Assembly (NCBI GenBank): GCA_965214705.1
Contig: OZ243972.1
Coordinates: forward strand, 2,816,001-2,880,000
DNA from: Alphaproteobacteria bacterium
GTDB taxonomy: Bacteria > Pseudomonadota > Alphaproteobacteria > UBA828
Direction: 5' to 3'
DNA: 64,000 bases
Notes under the pieces: generated by a model
What the model saw: the letters and a program-made list of their open reading frames with translations, nothing else
Told to the model about the DNA's origin: nothing
Databases searched by the model: none
Program-made: the position numbers and the translations under genes
Part shown: positions 29,011 through 38,853 of the stretch, piece after piece
Numbering within the stretch: the stretch's first letter is position 1
Layout of the letters: every line of letters begins with the position of its first letter

Positions 29011-30279
29011 ATGCTGGACATCGGCCTAGGGAAGCGCGTGCTGCGTGCCGCGAGGCTCAGCGGTGTCGCCGCTCTCGCGCTCGGACTCGCGTCCGCATTT
29101 ACGCTGGAAGAGGCGTCTACCGAAGACAAACTGGTCAAGATCGGTGTTCTCGCCGCCTTGACGGGCCCCGGTGCCGCCGACGGCGAGGAGACGGTGCGCG
29201 GCTCCACGCTCGCCTTGGAAGAATTCCAGGCCGCCGGCGGCATGCCGGGCTACACCTTCGAGATCGAGGTCTCGGACGTGCGCGATCAGACCTCGGACGC
29301 CGTTATGAGCGGCGTCGAGCGGCTGATGAACGACGACGCGGTCGATTTCATCATGACCGGCTATGCCAGCCTCTCGAACTTCGAGATCGAGTTCATGCGC
29401 GAGGAGGAGATGCCCTATTTCGTGGCGGCCAACTCGCAGCAGACTCGGGAGATCGTGAGCAAGGATCCGGAAGCATACTGGATGGTCTGGTCGCTGACCC
29501 CGTCATACGACGCCTATGAGACCGAGATGCTCCCGGTGGTGGAGGGACTCGCAGCGAGCGGGGCGATCGAGCTCAAAAACAAGAAGCTCGCGATCATCTC
29601 CTCCGACAATGCCTACTCGAAAACGATTTATAACGGGCTGAAGAAGAGCTTCTCTGGCGCGGGCTGGGAGATCGTCGTCGACGAGGTGATCCCGAGCGGC
29701 GAGGTCAACGATTGGCGCGCCTTCCTCGCCAAGGTCCGGCAGGACCCGCCGGATCTCGTGGTCAACACGGACTGGGTACCGGCCAATGCCTCGACCTTCA
29801 TCACCCAGTTCTTGGAAGATCCGACCGACAGCCTGGTCTTCATCCAGTACGGCCCCTCGGTGCCGGAATTCCTCGACCTCACCAAGGACAAGGCGACAGG
29901 TGTGATCTACAACCTGCTTGGCGGCCATGTCCCCACGATTCCGCGCACCAAGGAAGTGATGGGGAAATACGAGGAGCGCTGGGGCTCGGCGCCCGGTCCC
30001 TATGGCGTCGGTCTCTACGAGATGATGCAGCTTTACCTGGAGGTGGCGCAGAAGGTCGGTGATCCGACCGACCGCAGGGCCATGGCGAATGCGCTGTCGC
30101 AGACGGACAAGGTGGTGTCCGAAGGCCGGCTGGTGTTCGACCCGGCGACGCACCTCGCGCGTCAGGGCAACGACTATATCCCGATCACGTTCTACCAAAT
30201 TTGGGACGGTGAGCGGACGCTGTTCTACCCGGACCAATGGAAGAATGGCGAATTCAGACGTCCGCCTTGGATGCAGTAG
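29011..30279 (+). CDS. Liv-type ABC transporter substrate-binding protein
   Basis: Signal-like N-terminus, VKIGVLAALTGPGAADG; first gene of the ABC operon. Confidence 0.9.
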   Translation: MLDIGLGKRVLRAARLSGVAALALGLASAFTLEEASTEDKLVKIGVLAALTGPGAADGEETVRGSTLALEEFQAAGGMPGYTFEIEVSDVRDQTSDAVMSGVERLMNDDAVDFIMTGYASLSNFEIEFMREEEMPYFVAANSQQTREIVSKDPEAYWMVWSLTPSYDAYETEMLPVVEGLAASGAIELKNKKLAIISSDNAYSKTIYNGLKKSFSGAGWEIVVDEVIPSGEVNDWRAFLAKVRQDPPDLVVNTDWVPANASTFITQFLEDPTDSLVFIQYGPSVPEFLDLTKDKATGVIYNLLGGHVPTIPRTKEVMGKYEERWGSAPGPYGVGLYEMMQLYLEVAQKVGDPTDRRAMANALSQTDKVVSEGRLVFDPATHLARQGNDYIPITFYQIWDGERTLFYPDQWKNGEFRRPPWMQ

Positions 30280-30353
30280 GCAGTTCCAATCGTCGCCCGG
30301 TCGCCTCGTTGGGCGGCCGGGCGGCGTCCGCGTTCTTCCTGTAGTCTTCGGTC

Positions 30354-31094
30354 GTGGATTCGATCCTCGTCGTCGACGGCGTCTCCAAGTCGTTCGGCTC
30401 GCTCCGGGCTGTCGATGACGTGTCGCTCTCGGTCGAACAGGGCGAGATATTCGGCATCGCGGGGCCAAACGGCAGCGGCAAGAGCACGCTGTTCAATATC
30501 ATCACCTCCATCCCCTTCCCGGCCGATTCGGGCCGCATCGTCTTCGAGGGGAAGCAGATACAGCGCATGCGTGCAAACAGGATCTGCCGGTCCGGCCTGG
30601 CGCGTACCTTCCAGAAGGAAACCGCATTCGACACGCTGTCGACACTCGACAACGTGATCCTCGGCTCGACCTATGGACGCGGCACGTACGACAGCGCGGA
30701 GAGCCGGAGGCAGGCCAGCGAGACGCTTGAGTTCGTCGGCATCGGCGCGGACCAGTTCGAGAGGCCCGCGGCGGAACTATCCGTCTTCGACAAGAAGCGT
30801 CTGATGATCGCGTCCGCCATCGTCACGGAGCCGCGCGTGCTCCTGCTCGACGAGCCTGCATCGGGCCTGACCAAGCCGGAGATCGACGAGACGATCGATC
30901 TGATCCGGCGCCTGAACGAGCGCGGCGTGACGCTGCTCGTCATCGAGCATGTGTTGCCGCTGCTGCTGTCGGTGTCGGCGCGGTTGCTGGTGCTCAACCA
31001 CGGAAGCGAGCTCGTCACCGGCACGCCTGACGACGTCATCCGCGATCCCCACGTGGTCGAAGCCTATCTCGGCTCGCGTGCGAGTCATGAGTGA
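30354..31094 (+). CDS. ABC ATP-binding protein (LivG-like)
   Basis: GPNGSGKST, LLLDEP, VVEAYLG. Confidence 0.92.
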   Translation: MDSILVVDGVSKSFGSLRAVDDVSLSVEQGEIFGIAGPNGSGKSTLFNIITSIPFPADSGRIVFEGKQIQRMRANRICRSGLARTFQKETAFDTLSTLDNVILGSTYGRGTYDSAESRRQASETLEFVGIGADQFERPAAELSVFDKKRLMIASAIVTEPRVLLLDEPASGLTKPEIDETIDLIRRLNERGVTLLVIEHVLPLLLSVSARLLVLNHGSELVTGTPDDVIRDPHVVEAYLGSRASHE

Positions 31095-31114
31095 GCGCAA
31101 GAGGTCCACGCGGA

Positions 31115-31834
31115 ATGGCTGAGCCGATCCTCGATATCCGTGAGGTCTCGGTGGGCTACGGCAAGACCCAGGTCCTCTGGGACATCAGCCTCACGGTGCC
31201 CGAGGGTCAGCAAATCGGCCTGTTCGGCCCCAACGGACACGGCAAGACGACCCTACTGCGCACGATCTCTGGACTGCTCAGGCCCTGGAGCGGCGAGATG
31301 CATCTCAGGGGTCAGCGGATCGACAAGGCCCTGCCGCGCGCCATCGTCGATCGCGGCGTCGTTCAGGTGCCGCAGGGAAATGTGCTCTTCCCCGAGCTCA
31401 CCGTGGCAGAAAATCTGCGTCTCGGCGCTTATTGCAGGCGGGCACGGCCGCGGCAGGCGGACAATTTGGCGCGGGTCTACGACCTGTTTCCGCGTCTCAA
31501 GGAGCGCCGTCGCCAGCAGGCGAAGACCCTCTCCGGCGGCGAGCGTCAGATGCTTGCAATCGGCGCGGGCCTCATGGGCGAGCCCACGATGCTTATGCTG
31601 GACGAGCCGACACTCGGCCTCGCGCCGAAACTCAAGGACGAATTGTTGGATGCAATCGCGGAAATATCGCGCTCGGGCGTGCCGCTGATGCTGGTGGAGC
31701 AGGACCTGGAGTTCCTGCTCGCGCTTACGGACCGCCTCTACATGATCAACCACGGTGTGGTCGCGCTCGACCTCGACGCCGGCGAAGGCTTCGATCACGA
31801 CCAGATCATCCAGATGTATTTCGGCAAGGAGTGA
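31115..31834 (+). CDS. ABC ATP-binding protein (LivF-like)
   Basis: GPNGHGKTT, LSGGERQMLAIG, MLDEPTLGLAP. Confidence 0.92.
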   Translation: MAEPILDIREVSVGYGKTQVLWDISLTVPEGQQIGLFGPNGHGKTTLLRTISGLLRPWSGEMHLRGQRIDKALPRAIVDRGVVQVPQGNVLFPELTVAENLRLGAYCRRARPRQADNLARVYDLFPRLKERRRQQAKTLSGGERQMLAIGAGLMGEPTMLMLDEPTLGLAPKLKDELLDAIAEISRSGVPLMLVEQDLEFLLALTDRLYMINHGVVALDLDAGEGFDHDQIIQMYFGKE

Positions 31835-31837
31835 CCG

Positions 31838-32713
31838 GTGGACGCCGGCACAGCGCAATCGGTCCTACTGAGCGGCATCGTCCTCGGCTCGCTCTATGCG
31901 CTCATGGCGACCGGACTCTCCCTCATCTGGACCACGCTCGGCATCTTCAACTTCGCGCACGGCGTGTTCATGACCATCGGCGCCTTCATCGCTTGGCAGA
32001 TCGGCGCAGATCTTGGCTGGGGGATGGGGCCGGCGGCCGGCATCGCCGTCGCCATCGCCGCGTTGATCGGCCTGGGCTGCCTTTCAGAGTTCATTCTGGT
32101 TCGCCCGTTCCTGCGCCGGCCGGACGTGGTTCTCGTTGCCGTGATTACAACACTGAGCGCCGCCATCTTCCTGGAGAACTCGGCTCTCCTGGTGTGGGGC
32201 GGACGCTACAAACAGCTCCCGCCCCTGATCGAGGGCAAGGTGGGGATGCTGTCGACGGCGATCTCGACTCACGAGGTGCTGATCATCGCGGTAGCGCCGC
32301 TCACCCTCTTTGCGCTCTGGGCGTTCCTCAAGTTCACGCGAACCGGGTCCGCGATCCGCGCCGTCGCGCAGAACCGGGAGTCGGCGCTTCTCATGGGCAT
32401 GAACGTGCCGCTGCTTTACAGCTTGGCGTTCGGGCTCTCGGCGGCGCTTGCCGGCTTTGCCGGCATCCTGCTCGGCTCCATCCGCTTCATCACGCCGGGC
32501 CTCGGAAACGAGCCGTTGGTGAAGGCGCTCATCGTCGCCATCTTCGGCGGTCTCGGTAGTCTCGGCGGCACCATCGGCGCGGCCTACGTCATCGGCCTGA
32601 TGGAAGCCATCAGCATGTTCTTCATCGGGCTCTACTGGACGCCGGCGGTCCTCTTCGGCGTGATGATCATGGTTCTGCTGGGCCGGCCGACCGGCCTCTT
32701 CGGCAAGCGGTAG
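31838..32713 (+). CDS. ABC permease (LivH-like)
   Basis: GSLYALMATGLSL, FNFAHG, GGLGS. Confidence 0.92.
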   Translation: MDAGTAQSVLLSGIVLGSLYALMATGLSLIWTTLGIFNFAHGVFMTIGAFIAWQIGADLGWGMGPAAGIAVAIAALIGLGCLSEFILVRPFLRRPDVVLVAVITTLSAAIFLENSALLVWGGRYKQLPPLIEGKVGMLSTAISTHEVLIIAVAPLTLFALWAFLKFTRTGSAIRAVAQNRESALLMGMNVPLLYSLAFGLSAALAGFAGILLGSIRFITPGLGNEPLVKALIVAIFGGLGSLGGTIGAAYVIGLMEAISMFFIGLYWTPAVLFGVMIMVLLGRPTGLFGKR

Positions 32714-32719
32714 GGCACG

Positions 32720-33715
32720 ATGCGAGAGCTGCTCACCGGGCCGAACCTGGCGAGGCTGATCTGCCTCCTTATCCTGATCCTGCTGCCACTCGTCGTCCCC
32801 TCGCCCTACATCCGCCACCTGCTGATCATCACCTTCATCTACGCGATCGTGGCGTCGAATTGGGACTTGAGCCTCGGTTATGCCGGCGTGTTCAACTTCG
32901 GCCACATCGCCTTCTTCGCCGCCGGCGTCTACGGCTCGGCGATCATGTCCAAGACGATCGGCATCACGCCTTGGCTGGCGATTCCTCTCGCGGGCGTGAT
33001 CGGCGTCATCGCGGCGCTGATCGTCTGCCTGCCGGTGCTCCGGCTGAAGGGCATCTACGTCGTGCTTGTTACCTTTGCCTTCAGCCAGCTCTGCTTTCAG
33101 CTCGTTCTGAGTCAGGAGGAGATCACCGGCGGCTCGATGGGCATGCCGCTGCTGCCACCCCTCAAGATCGGGGACTACAATTTCGCGCGAGACGGCAAGT
33201 TCGGCTACTACTACGTCGGCCTGTTCCTGCTCGTCCTTTCCACCATTTACCTCCACCGCCTGGTTCGATCACGCTTCGGCACGAGCATCGTCGCGTTGCG
33301 CGACAACGAGGACTACGCGATCAGCCGGGGCATATCGCTCGCGCGTCAGCGCATGCTTACGCTCGGCTTGAGCGCGTTCTTCACCGGCATCGCAGGGGGC
33401 TTCTACTCAACCTACGTGCGGGTCGCCTCGCCGGAGATCTTCGGCTTCGGCTTTCTCTCCCTGGCACTCTCGATGCTGCTGCTGGGCGGGCTCAACAGCA
33501 TCTATGGACCGATCCTTGGTGCCTTCGTGATCACCCTGCTGTCAGAGGCGATGGTCGACCTTGGCCCTATGCGCTTCCTCATCATCTCGGCCCTGATCAT
33601 CTTGATGCTGCTGTTCTATCCGGGCGGCCTCATTAATGCCATTCAGCAGACGTCATCTTTGTTCTCGAAATCCGGCATGGCCGAAAAGTACATCCGAAAA
33701 CTTGTAGACAGATGA
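32720..33715 (+). CDS. ABC permease (LivM-like)
   Basis: GYAGVFNFGHIAFF, LRLKGIY, ALRDNE, LLGGLNSIYGP. Confidence 0.92.
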   Translation: MRELLTGPNLARLICLLILILLPLVVPSPYIRHLLIITFIYAIVASNWDLSLGYAGVFNFGHIAFFAAGVYGSAIMSKTIGITPWLAIPLAGVIGVIAALIVCLPVLRLKGIYVVLVTFAFSQLCFQLVLSQEEITGGSMGMPLLPPLKIGDYNFARDGKFGYYYVGLFLLVLSTIYLHRLVRSRFGTSIVALRDNEDYAISRGISLARQRMLTLGLSAFFTGIAGGFYSTYVRVASPEIFGFGFLSLALSMLLLGGLNSIYGPILGAFVITLLSEAMVDLGPMRFLIISALIILMLLFYPGGLINAIQQTSSLFSKSGMAEKYIRKLVDR

Positions 33716-33776
33716 CGTTCGTCACGGGCGCGAGTGAGGCGGCCAGGGTGGCAATCGAACCAAGGAGACCGATCGC

Positions 33777-35204
33777 ATGAGCATTGAACTCGAACAATAT
33801 GACGCCCTGGGTCTGGCCGATCTCGTGAGGCGCAAGGAAGTCAAGCCCATCGAGCTGGTGGAAGCAGCCATCGAGCGGATCGAACGCGTCGATCCCGAGC
33901 TCAACTGCGTGATGTTCAAGAACTATGACGCGGCGCGCGCGGCCGCCGAACAGCCGCTTCCGGACGGACCGTTCACCGGCGTGCCTCTGCTCCTCAAGGA
34001 CCTGTTGACGGCATACAAGGGCCTCCCGCTGACGGGCGGCTGCCGCTACCTCCAGGACTTCATTGCGCCCGTCGACAGCGTCATTGCCGAGCGCATCGCC
34101 GAGGGCGGCTTCATCCGCCTGGCAAAGACCGTCACGCCCGAGATGGGCTATTGCGTCGCATCGGAGCCGCCGCTCTACCCGCCGGGGCGCAACCCGTGGA
34201 ATCCCGACCATACGCCGGGCGGCTCCAGCGGCGGCTCGGGCGCCGCCGTTGCTGCTCGCATACTTCCACTGGCGACCGCCAACGATGGCGGCGGATCGAC
34301 CCGTATCCCTGCCTCCAACAGCGGCCTGGTGGGCCTCAAGCAGTCGCGCGGACGCACCACGACGGCGCCCTTCTACGGGGATCTGTGGTACGGCTGTGTC
34401 GTTGAGGGCTGCGTGTCGCTGAGCGTGCGCGATCAGGCGGCCTACCACGACCTGACCCAATATTCCGTGCCCGGCGACGCCAACGCGCATGCGCGGCCGG
34501 AGACTCCATTCCTGGACGAGGTCGGCAAGGACCCTGGCCGCCTCAAGATCGGGCTGATCACGAAGGCCGCCAACGGACGGACGGTTCATCCGGAGTGCAC
34601 GGCGGCGGCGAACAACGCGGCGAAGCTGTGCGCGTCGATGGGCCATGACGTGGAGGAGGTGGAGTACAGCTTCGATTTCGATGCGCTGGCAGAGGTCTTT
34701 TCGCGCATTGCCTGCGCGGCAACGGCGGCCGGCATTCACAGCTTGGAGCCGGTGATGGGACGCCCGCCGGGGGAGGGCGAGCTAGGCAACGTGATCCGGG
34801 AGATGGTCGAGCGCGGCGATCGAATGAGCGCGCCGGCCCTGGCCCAGGACATCGAGACCATGCACATGGCCGGCTGGACCATAGCCGGGGACTGCGCGCC
34901 CTATGACGCGGTCATCACTCCGACCATGCCCAACCCGCCGCACCGGGTCGGCTACTACGACATGTCGCTGCCGTTTGAGAGGTACAACAACGATCTCCTA
35001 CTGCCCGAGGTCGTCTTCACGCTGCCGCACAACGTGAGCGGTCTGCCGGCGATCTCGCTGCCGCTGCACTGGAGTGCGGACGGCCTGCCCTGCGGGGTGC
35101 AGTTCATCGCAAACCACGCAAACGACGCACTGCTGTTTCGCTTGGCAGCGCGCCTGGAAGAGGCGCAGCCCTGGTTCGAGAGGCTACCCTCCTTCCACGC
35201 CTGA
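33777..35204 (+). CDS. Amidase signature enzyme
   Basis: LLKDL, NPWN..TPGGSSGGS, NDGGGSTRIPAS. Confidence 0.93.
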   Translation: MSIELEQYDALGLADLVRRKEVKPIELVEAAIERIERVDPELNCVMFKNYDAARAAAEQPLPDGPFTGVPLLLKDLLTAYKGLPLTGGCRYLQDFIAPVDSVIAERIAEGGFIRLAKTVTPEMGYCVASEPPLYPPGRNPWNPDHTPGGSSGGSGAAVAARILPLATANDGGGSTRIPASNSGLVGLKQSRGRTTTAPFYGDLWYGCVVEGCVSLSVRDQAAYHDLTQYSVPGDANAHARPETPFLDEVGKDPGRLKIGLITKAANGRTVHPECTAAANNAAKLCASMGHDVEEVEYSFDFDALAEVFSRIACAATAAGIHSLEPVMGRPPGEGELGNVIREMVERGDRMSAPALAQDIETMHMAGWTIAGDCAPYDAVITPTMPNPPHRVGYYDMSLPFERYNNDLLLPEVVFTLPHNVSGLPAISLPLHWSADGLPCGVQFIANHANDALLFRLAARLEEAQPWFERLPSFHA

Positions 35205-35341
35205 GGCCTCGGCGTTCCGACCTCGCGGTCTTCGGCATCGCCGCTGAGGATTTCGCACCAAGCAAGGGGATAGGATCCGGCAGCGGAGATTCGAGACAGG
35301 AGAGCTGGCGACGAAGCGAAGCGGAGCGCGAGGAGGCCCCA

Positions 35342-36169
35342 ATGCTCGTTCGGACGATCGAAGACCACCGTGCCGACGGATGGGAGAAAGTGCTCGATGC
35401 AGGCAAGGTGCGCTCGGTGCGCTGCGTGACCGCGGCGGACCGGGTCGGCTTCTCCCTGCACTTGAACGAGATCACGGACGGTGACGGGCGCCAGCTCTGG
35501 TACAAGCATCACTGGGAAGCGAATTACATCGTCGCGGGCGAAGCCACCCTCGAGGATCTGGACCGAGGCGATTCCTGGCTGCTGCTTGCGGGATCGCTCT
35601 ACACCGTCGGTCCCACCGATCGGCACCGCCTTACCGGACAGAAGGAACTCCGCATCGTGAGCGTCTTCTGTCCAGCGCTGCGGGGCGACGAGGCGCACGA
35701 CGAGGACGGCACCTACACCCCGTCGGGCGAGGTGCCGGCGGGGCGCGAGCGTCTCTTCGTGCGCGACGCCGATGCCCTTCGCGCCGCGGGACAGGAGATG
35801 GTAGTGGCCAACGGCGAGGCGCGCACCCTGCGCATGCTGGTGAAGGACGACCGCGTCGGCTTCTCACTGTCCGATGTCCATGTCGCGGCCGGGGCCCGCG
35901 CCGCGCTCTGGTACAAGAACCACTGGGAGGCGAACGTGGTGATCGAAGGGCGGGGCACGGTTACCGAGGTCGCCAGCGGGCGCGAGTGGCCGCTCAGCTA
36001 CGGCACCACGTACCTCGTTGGGCCCGAGGACCGGCACGTCCTCAAGAGCATCGAGAATATGCATGTATTGAGCGTATTCTGTCCGCCGCTCGCCGGGGAC
36101 GAACAGCACGACGCCGACGGTGCCCTCGCCCCGAGCGGGCCGATCCCACCCGGCCCCGTCGAACCCTAA
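35342..36169 (+). CDS. Tandem double ectoine-synthase (EctC-like) cupin protein
   Basis: Two copies of DRVGFSL..LWYKxHWEAN..YxVGPxDRH..VFCPxLxGDExHDxDG. Confidence 0.88.
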   Translation: MLVRTIEDHRADGWEKVLDAGKVRSVRCVTAADRVGFSLHLNEITDGDGRQLWYKHHWEANYIVAGEATLEDLDRGDSWLLLAGSLYTVGPTDRHRLTGQKELRIVSVFCPALRGDEAHDEDGTYTPSGEVPAGRERLFVRDADALRAAGQEMVVANGEARTLRMLVKDDRVGFSLSDVHVAAGARAALWYKNHWEANVVIEGRGTVTEVASGREWPLSYGTTYLVGPEDRHVLKSIENMHVLSVFCPPLAGDEQHDADGALAPSGPIPPGPVEP

Positions 36170-36846
36170 TGAGGGCAGTTACACGCGAACTCTTCCGCTT
36201 TCCTCAATCAATAGCCCCGAAACTCAGCCCGCGGTGGAACTCGTTGAACTATGTGGGCTTTCTGTTCAGCAAAGAGGTGGGATTCGGCGGCTCCTGTATC
36301 CCATTGTATTCGCTTCGTTATTTGGCCGACCATCTTGTCAGCCCCACATGCCGCCCACCACGGCCGATCGGAACATGGCGGATTCCCCCGGGTGCCCCCG
36401 CACCATATCACGACATCACGGCGGTGCCCGACGCGCGCATCAACGGTGCCGATCCGGAAGGCGACCAGATACCGTCGTCGCCCTCGGTCAGCGCGAAATC
36501 TGGTCCGAAATCCTCGTCACGACTCGCCATGCGCGGAAATTAGCGCATGTCGAATCGCGTAACAGTCCCTAATGACTACATCTGGTGGTGCGGATGATGG
36601 CAGCCCCGATCTATGCTCCATCACGGGGAGACGAAAGCGCCGCACCGGAGCCGCCCAGGCGCGGCAGCATACAGATCCATGGGTGATGTCGGTGACCGCA
36701 TCACCCGATGAACGAAGGATTACGACCCTTCTCATACCCGGCCGCACAGAGCTCGACGTGTGTGTTGACTCAGTGTTTGCAGTGTAGTGAGCAATGCTAC
36801 ATCTGGGGAGAGTGTAATCGGTAATTCTCTGATTTTGCTCATTAAA

Positions 36847-38520
36847 CCTAAATCCCGCAGTTGGTTTCGGGGCCGATCACGAAAAAGCCTTGTAGGCTAG
36901 GGGCATGAGCGAATCGAAACAGGCCCTTGAGGCTCACCCTGCGGGTGATGGTCCCAGCACTGCGCGGGAGCTCGCCCGAGAGGCCGTGAAGGTGGACACC
37001 TTCGGCGGCACCGTCCACGTCGAATGGGACCCGGATGCGGCGGCCACACCGCTGGGTCATCTGGTGTTCTTCGCCGAATACCTGAAAGTCAGCGGCCGCT
37101 TCGACGCGCTGGTGGCGGACTGCCCGCTGCACTACACGAGCCCGAACGCGCCCTCGAAGCGGGACGTGCTGGGGACGGTGATGCTGTCGGCCCTCGCAGG
37201 ACACTGGCGCTACGCGCACATCACGGCGCTGCGCGGCGACGGCGTCAATCCGTCGCTGTTGGGCATGACCAAGGTGGCGAGCGAGGACTCGGTTCGGCGC
37301 GGCCTGGGACGGATCGACGCGGAGGACGGCGCTTCCTGGCTGCACGGCCATCTCGACGACACGGCGCGGCCCTTGCTGAGCGAGCCGTGGGTTCTGGATT
37401 GCGACACAACGATCAAGCCGCTCTACGGCCACCAGGAGGGGGCTGTGGTGAGCTACAACCCGAAGAAGCCGGGCCGTCCGTCGCATGCCTACCATGCGTT
37501 CCTGATGGCGGGCACGCGCCTTGTTCTGGACGTCGATGTCGCGCCCGGGAACCGTCACCACTCGAAGAACGCGGCGCCTTCGCTGTGGGCCTTGCTCGAC
37601 CGCCTCGGCCGTGAGAACTGGCCGCGGCTCGTACGGGGCGACAAGGACTGGGGCAACGAGGGCAACATGGCGTCGTGCGAGGGGGCGGGTCTCGACTATC
37701 TGTTCAAGCTGCGCCTGACCAAGGGCGCGCGCCGGCTTGCCGAGTGCCTGATGACGCGGGACGAGTGGACGGACGCGGGCCCGGGCTGGTCGGGGATCGA
37801 GGCCGAGCTTCGCTTGCATGGCTGGAGCCGGACGCGTCGCGTGGTGGTGCTGCGCCGTCGGCTTCCCGGGACGGTGGCGCTGACGCGCGCAGACGACGGT
37901 CAGGGCGATCTCTTCTGGGCCGACGCGCAGCCTGGCACCAAGGTGTGGGAGTTTGCGGTTCTGGCGACGTCTCTGGATCTGGAGGTTCTCTCGATCGCCC
38001 AGCTCTACCGGGATCGGGCGGACGCGGAGAACGGCTTCGACGAGTTGAAGAACCAGTGGGGCTGGGGCGGCTTCACCACGCGAGACCTGAAGCGCTGCCA
38101 GCACATGGCCCGGCTGATCGCGCTCATTTACAATTGGTGGAGCCTGTTCGTGCGCTTGGCGGACCCCGATCACCACCGCGAGGCGATCACCAGCCGACCG
38201 CTCCTGCTGCATGGGGTTGCCCGCCAGACCCATCACGCCGGTCAAACCCGGCTGACGGTGACGTCGAGCCACGGGCGGCGGGGGGCCGTGGTCGCGGCGT
38301 TGCGGCGGATCACCGGCTTCTTCCAGACTCTGCTGACAAGTGCGGAGCAGTTGAGCGCTGAGGATCGCTGGCGCCGGATCCTGGCGGAAGCGCTGAAGAA
38401 GTACCTCCGGGGCCGCCAGCCGGGTCGCCAGCCCTGGATTCCACCGCCTCGGCCTGCGCTGGCAGGCTGAAATTGAGCCCGGAAATCGACCGATCATCGC
38501 CCCCAACTGCGGGATTTAGG
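36847..38520 (+). mobile_element. IS1380-family element
   Basis: 18-bp TIR CCTAAATCCCGCAGTTGG; 5-bp TSD TTAAA. Confidence 0.9.
36905..38470 (+). CDS. DDE transposase (IS1380-like)
   Basis: LDCDTTIKPLYGHQEGA..YNPKKPGRPSH, VRGD, YRDRADAENGFDELKNQWGW. Confidence 0.9.
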   Translation: MSESKQALEAHPAGDGPSTARELAREAVKVDTFGGTVHVEWDPDAAATPLGHLVFFAEYLKVSGRFDALVADCPLHYTSPNAPSKRDVLGTVMLSALAGHWRYAHITALRGDGVNPSLLGMTKVASEDSVRRGLGRIDAEDGASWLHGHLDDTARPLLSEPWVLDCDTTIKPLYGHQEGAVVSYNPKKPGRPSHAYHAFLMAGTRLVLDVDVAPGNRHHSKNAAPSLWALLDRLGRENWPRLVRGDKDWGNEGNMASCEGAGLDYLFKLRLTKGARRLAECLMTRDEWTDAGPGWSGIEAELRLHGWSRTRRVVVLRRRLPGTVALTRADDGQGDLFWADAQPGTKVWEFAVLATSLDLEVLSIAQLYRDRADAENGFDELKNQWGWGGFTTRDLKRCQHMARLIALIYNWWSLFVRLADPDHHREAITSRPLLLHGVARQTHHAGQTRLTVTSSHGRRGAVVAALRRITGFFQTLLTSAEQLSAEDRWRRILAEALKKYLRGRQPGRQPWIPPPRPALAG

Positions 38521-38671
38521 TTAAACGAACGTCATAAACCAAGCAAAAAATAGCAGCGATAGGCGCGGAGCCAAGCGAGCGTCGCGCGAGTACGCGCGCG
38601 GAATCAAGAATCGAGCGCCCGCCGTTGAGGGAAACGAAAAAAGTGCGAGCGCCCGGCGCCTTATCCCACAT

Positions 38672-38765
38672 CGTCATGCCCGGACTTGATCCGGGCATCC
38701 CCCTCCACAACATACTGTAAAAAAGGAGAAAAACGTGGATGGCCGGGTCAAGCCCGGCCATGACG
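38672..38765. repeat. REP-like palindromic element (alphaproteobacterial type)
   Basis: CGTCATGCCCGGACTTGATCCGGGCATCC...GGATGGCCGGGTCAAGCCCGGCCATGACG. Confidence 0.85.
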
Positions 38766-38853
38766 GTGTGTGGGGCGGTGTCAGAGTGCGCCCCCGCCCC
38801 ACGCCCGAGGCTGACAAAAGCGCCGCAAGCCTTGCGGGCCGGGGCGGCGCCTC

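Noticed and set aside
36170-36840. Possible gene fragment downstream of the EctC-like gene
   Set aside because: No frame gives a recognisable motif
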